From Candidatus Tenderia sp. (GTDB lineage Bacteria > Pseudomonadota > Gammaproteobacteria > Tenderiales > Tenderiaceae), in the NCBI GenBank assembly GCA_031416075.1, contig JANOSY010000060.1, positions 1 through 11,631 of the forward strand: DNA of 11,631 nt, read 5' to 3'. The notes under the pieces are model-generated. The model was not told where the DNA came from, ran no database searches, and saw nothing but the letters and a program-made list of their open reading frames with translations. Below are positions 7,607 through 11,631 of the stretch, one piece after another. The position numbers and the translations under genes were made by a program. Within the stretch, counting starts at the first letter, position 1, and every line of letters starts with the position of its first letter.

Positions 7607-7799
7607 GAGTACAGGCCGGTCTCCGGACTCGTGAACAACAGGGGGACTCCCGTTGATCCCTGATGGGACCCTGTTTTCACTCACCGTTGCGGGGGCAGTG
7701 CCGGGTTTGTTCGTCTCACGCTTGTGCTGGGGCGTGTATGGAGTTCACCGGCTTCCCGTTTCATTCCACGCGGCGGTAGCCGGGGGAACACCTGTACTC
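7607..7799 (-). ncRNA. Cobalamin riboswitch (atypical)
   Basis: Minus strand: P1 GAGTACAGG...CCTGTACTC, AAACGGGAAGCCGGTG, CCGGCACTGCCCCCGCAACGGT, B12-box GAGTCCGGAGACCGGCC. Downstream GCGGAGGGCAG is complementary to CTGCCCCCGC. Confidence 0.93.
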
Positions 7800-7810
7800 A
7801 GGGGTGGCGC

Positions 7811-7840
7811 ACTCTAAAGGCCGAGTCGCCACCGTGTCAA
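7811..7840 (-). promoter_or_regulatory. Sigma70-type promoter for the riboswitch-btuB-tonB transcript
   Basis: TTGACA (7840-7835), 18-bp spacer, TAGAGT (7816-7811). The predicted start near 7804 falls just before riboswitch P1. Confidence 0.65.
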
Positions 7841-7846
7841 GGGACG

Positions 7847-8464
7847 TTATGCCGCTTCGGCCTTGTCCGTAAAGTTGTTTTCAATCGCCTCCAGCGTATC
7901 GCTATTGGTCTGGGTACTGTTATTGCTCAAACGTTCGTATAGGGCGTGGAGTGTGGCACAGATATCTTCCGGGGCCATTTTAATCAGCCGCCCTTCGTGC
8001 GATGCCTCTATCAGCCCTTCAATATCAATTTTTTTCAAATCCATCTGTTTCAGCAGCGGCTCGTAACGCCAGAGTGTACCCGTATCCCCCTCAACGGCGC
8101 TGACATGGGCGCGGATATCTTCCCGGATGGGGAATTCACGGCGGCTGCCACTGAACAGAAAGGCAAACAGACCAATGATGGAGGCGGGGATCATGAAGAT
8201 GAAGGAGAGTTTATTCAGTAGCTCGGTATCGATTCGGCCTTGGCCCCAACTGTAGTAGGCCAGCCCAAACCCGGCCATATAGACAAGACCGGCAAACAGC
8301 GCGCCAATTGCCTTGGCGGCCCCTTTGGCTGGTTTGCTACGACGATTATAGTCGAGGCGGGTGAGATCGAACTGCCCCTCAAAGCGGCGTAGCAGGATTT
8401 TGCGGAGATTACGTTTAGTGGGTTGTTTGCTCATGGCTTCAATTATCGATTGGCGAAGTGCCAT
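7847..8464 (-). CDS. Hypothetical membrane protein, two predicted TM helices (205 aa)
   Basis: ATG at 8464 overlaps the upstream stop (TAATG). Hydrophobic segments AIGALFAGLVYMAGFGLAYY and LSFIFMIPASIIGLFAFLF. Family not recognised. Confidence 0.75.
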   Translation of the reverse strand: MALRQSIIEAMSKQPTKRNLRKILLRRFEGQFDLTRLDYNRRSKPAKGAAKAIGALFAGLVYMAGFGLAYYSWGQGRIDTELLNKLSFIFMIPASIIGLFAFLFSGSRREFPIREDIRAHVSAVEGDTGTLWRYEPLLKQMDLKKIDIEGLIEASHEGRLIKMAPEDICATLHALYERLSNNSTQTNSDTLEAIENNFTDKAEAA

Positions 8465-9276
8465 TATTCCAGATTGGCGCTGTTGATGCCCAGCCAGTTT
8501 GTCCACTCATCAAAGAGCGGGGCGCTGAGGGTGGCCACGGCGGAGCGCCCTTCAAGGCTGACCTGAAAGACCGGCTCGCCATCCAGTGTACAGCTCTGGC
8601 CACCACTCTCATGAAGAATGAGCTGGCCGGCGGCGTAGTCCCAGAGGCGCTGTTTGCCGTGTAGATAGAGGTGACAGCGCCCGGCAGCAATCCAGCACCA
8701 GTCGAGCGCCACCGAACCAAAACTGCGCTGTGAGCTATAAGGTGCCTGCTGGATCAGGCGGGTTTGCAGCGTCACGGGCAGTCGCTTCAGATCCACCAGT
8801 GCAGTGGCCTTGGCCAGTGGGGAGTGTAATTGCCGTTGGCCCAATGGCTGGCCGTTGAGACTGGCCCCCTGGCCTTTGACGGCGCTGAAACACTCATTGC
8901 GCATGGGGTCGTAGATAATCCCCAGTACCACCTCGCCCTTTACAATCAGCGCCAGTGAGACGGAGAAAAAGGGGATGTGGGCGGCAAAGTTGCTGGTGCC
9001 ATCCAAGGGGTCAAGACACCAGAGTGGCTGTTCACTGTGTTGCAGCAGCGCCCGCTGTTCCGACTCCGTCATCTCCTCACCTAAAAAGGCGTAATCAGGC
9101 CACTGCTGCTGCAGGGCGTGCTGAATCCGCTGCTGCATGGCCAGATCGGCCTCGGTGATAAAGCTGCCATCGGCCTTGTCGTGGCGCAGCACCTGGGTGA
9201 AGCGGGGTACCAGTTCCTCGCGGGCGGCGCTGATAAGCAGCTGTTGTAACTGGGCAATATTGGGTGTCTGTATCAT
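8464..9276 (-). CDS. Inositol monophosphatase family protein (SuhB/FIG superfamily)
   Basis: TEAD, FLGEE, WCLDPLDGTSNF, RSFGSVALD and WDYAAG metal-binding motifs. Confidence 0.95.
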   Translation of the reverse strand: MIQTPNIAQLQQLLISAAREELVPRFTQVLRHDKADGSFITEADLAMQQRIQHALQQQWPDYAFLGEEMTESEQRALLQHSEQPLWCLDPLDGTSNFAAHIPFFSVSLALIVKGEVVLGIIYDPMRNECFSAVKGQGASLNGQPLGQRQLHSPLAKATALVDLKRLPVTLQTRLIQQAPYSSQRSFGSVALDWCWIAAGRCHLYLHGKQRLWDYAAGQLILHESGGQSCTLDGEPVFQVSLEGRSAVATLSAPLFDEWTNWLGINSANLE

Positions 9277-9282
9277 GGCGAT

Positions 9283-9861
9283 CTATTTATAGTAGCTGGT
9301 AATGCCAAAGTAGAGGCCACGTTCAAAACCATCCTCATAATTATTCAGCAGTTTCATGGTGATGCTGCGGTAGCCAACGTTCAGCTCAACATTGGGTGTG
9401 ATGGGGTAGTTGAGCTGAGTCTTAAAGGTCCAGAGAAACTTGCCCCGACCCATCGTGGTGAGCTGGGGGGCCAGGGTAGCCTCGGCAAGAATATTAAAAG
9501 GGTACGACTCTGTGGCCGCACGGCGATAGATGATACCGCCCGCGACCGCGCTCAGAAAATAGTCCATAAAATCGGCCGCCATCAGATCTACCCGGGGGGC
9601 AATGCTGTGGTTATCGAGAAAACGCCACCCCTTTTGTGGTAGCTCAAACTTGGCACTGAGCAGAAGATTGCGTGGGTCCGGCTCCTGTGAGTAGAGCAGG
9701 CTGTAGCTGGGATGAAGCTCGATATTACGCAGGGTCATGGGGTTGCTGATGTGATCTAACAGCACACTGTCATCATTGAGCAGCAGCCCGGTAGAGCTGG
9801 CCGCTGTTGCGGCAGAGCTTGCCAACAGCAACAGAGTGGTGAATAGGGCGATGTTTTTCAT
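9283..9861 (-). CDS. Exported small beta-barrel protein, YfaZ-like
   Basis: Signal peptide MKNIALFTTLLLLASSAATA, amphipathic strands, C-terminal ELNVGYRSI...GLYFGITSYYK; size fits YfaZ-type proteins. The family call is tentative. Confidence 0.6.
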   Translation of the reverse strand: MKNIALFTTLLLLASSAATAASSTGLLLNDDSVLLDHISNPMTLRNIELHPSYSLLYSQEPDPRNLLLSAKFELPQKGWRFLDNHSIAPRVDLMAADFMDYFLSAVAGGIIYRRAATESYPFNILAEATLAPQLTTMGRGKFLWTFKTQLNYPITPNVELNVGYRSITMKLLNNYEDGFERGLYFGITSYYK

Positions 9862-9874
9862 GGGGTTATGATTT

Positions 9875-10327
9875 TCAGTCAGCATCAAAAAATTCGATTA
9901 TACGGTTTTCCAGATCATCCGGGTGAACCTCACCCTCGGTGATGCAGTTGCCACGTACCGAGATACCGGCACTATGTACTGAATCGGGATTGCCTGATAC
10001 CAGCGGGTGCCAGTGGGCCAGATCACGCCCCTCGTAGAGACGGCGGTAGCCACAGCTCTCCGGCAGCATGGAGAAGTAGTCCGGTTGGTCAAGGCTGAGT
10101 TGCAGGCAGTCACTCACTTTTTTCATCCGTTGCGGGTAATCCCCGCAGCGGCAGCTATGGGTATCCAGCAGGCGGCAGGCGACGTCAGTAAAAAAGAGTT
10201 CGCCGGTATCCTCATCTTCAAGTTTAAACAGGCAGCAGCGCCCACAGCCGTCACAAATTGACTCCCACTCTGTGGGGGTCAGTTCGGCGAGGCTTTTGTG
10301 CTTCCAGAAGGGTGTGATGTCAGACAT
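9875..10327 (-). CDS. ycgN: YcgN family CxxCxxCC cysteine-cluster protein (UPF0260)
   Basis: PFWKHKSLAELTPTEWESICDGCGRCCLFKLEDED, ACRLLD...C.DY..R, LPESCGYR, WHPLVSG...VHSAGISVR. Confidence 0.95.
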   Translation of the reverse strand: MSDITPFWKHKSLAELTPTEWESICDGCGRCCLFKLEDEDTGELFFTDVACRLLDTHSCRCGDYPQRMKKVSDCLQLSLDQPDYFSMLPESCGYRRLYEGRDLAHWHPLVSGNPDSVHSAGISVRGNCITEGEVHPDDLENRIIEFFDAD

Positions 10328-10529
10328 TTTGGGCCAATTGCGACGGCTAGGTTTGCCATCATACCAACAACAGCGTTTGGTCGTTAGGGGGCTGGTGGTG
10401 CGGGCTTGGCCCGTACGCTATATATTATGCTAGGATAATATTTGTAACCACGCGGTTTACAATGTTTCTTGTTTTTCATAGGTCATTGTTTTTGCTCAAC
10501 GGTTAACGGTCGGCCGGGTGATGTCTTGG

Positions 10530-10538
10530 TGTTACAAT
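10530..10538 (+). promoter_or_regulatory. Possible extended -10 promoter for the AAA ATPase gene
   Basis: TG-T-TACAAT about 75 bp upstream of ATG 10614. Confidence 0.35.
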
Positions 10539-10613
10539 GGTGGCCGAGTTTATTGATCAACAACGAAGTTCAGGTGTGTGAAATGCGAGTACTAGAATGT
10601 CAGGCACCCCGCC

Positions 10614-11631
<1,018 letters not shown>

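Noticed and set aside
7477-7680. 68-aa N-terminal extension of the receptor in the ORF track (start 7680)
   Set aside because: It overlaps the riboswitch; the signal peptide and RBS point to ATG 7476.

Overview
GC-rich window, probably gammaproteobacterial (inferred from gene content). It starts inside the 3' end of an IS30-family transposase and ends inside a (CCAGAG)n microsatellite, so it may be a whole contig broken at two repeats. Left to right: IS30 end; a Rid (YjgF/YER057c/UK114) protein with an apparent signal peptide, flanked by short repeats and a GTAG-type REP; a MacAB-like ABC exporter operon (adaptor, ATPase, permease; minus strand); ycgL (+); a BtuB-like TonB-dependent receptor plus tonB behind an atypical cobalamin riboswitch (minus); a tightly spaced ycgN, yfaZ-like, inositol monophosphatase, unknown membrane protein operon (minus); and an ExeA/PEP-CTERM-type AAA ATPase (+) that the ORF track missed and that runs off the end in a Pro-Glu repeat. 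The most unusual items are the riboswitch variant, the apparently exported Rid enzyme and the uncharacterised coupled membrane protein. All family assignments come from motif recognition; no searches were run.
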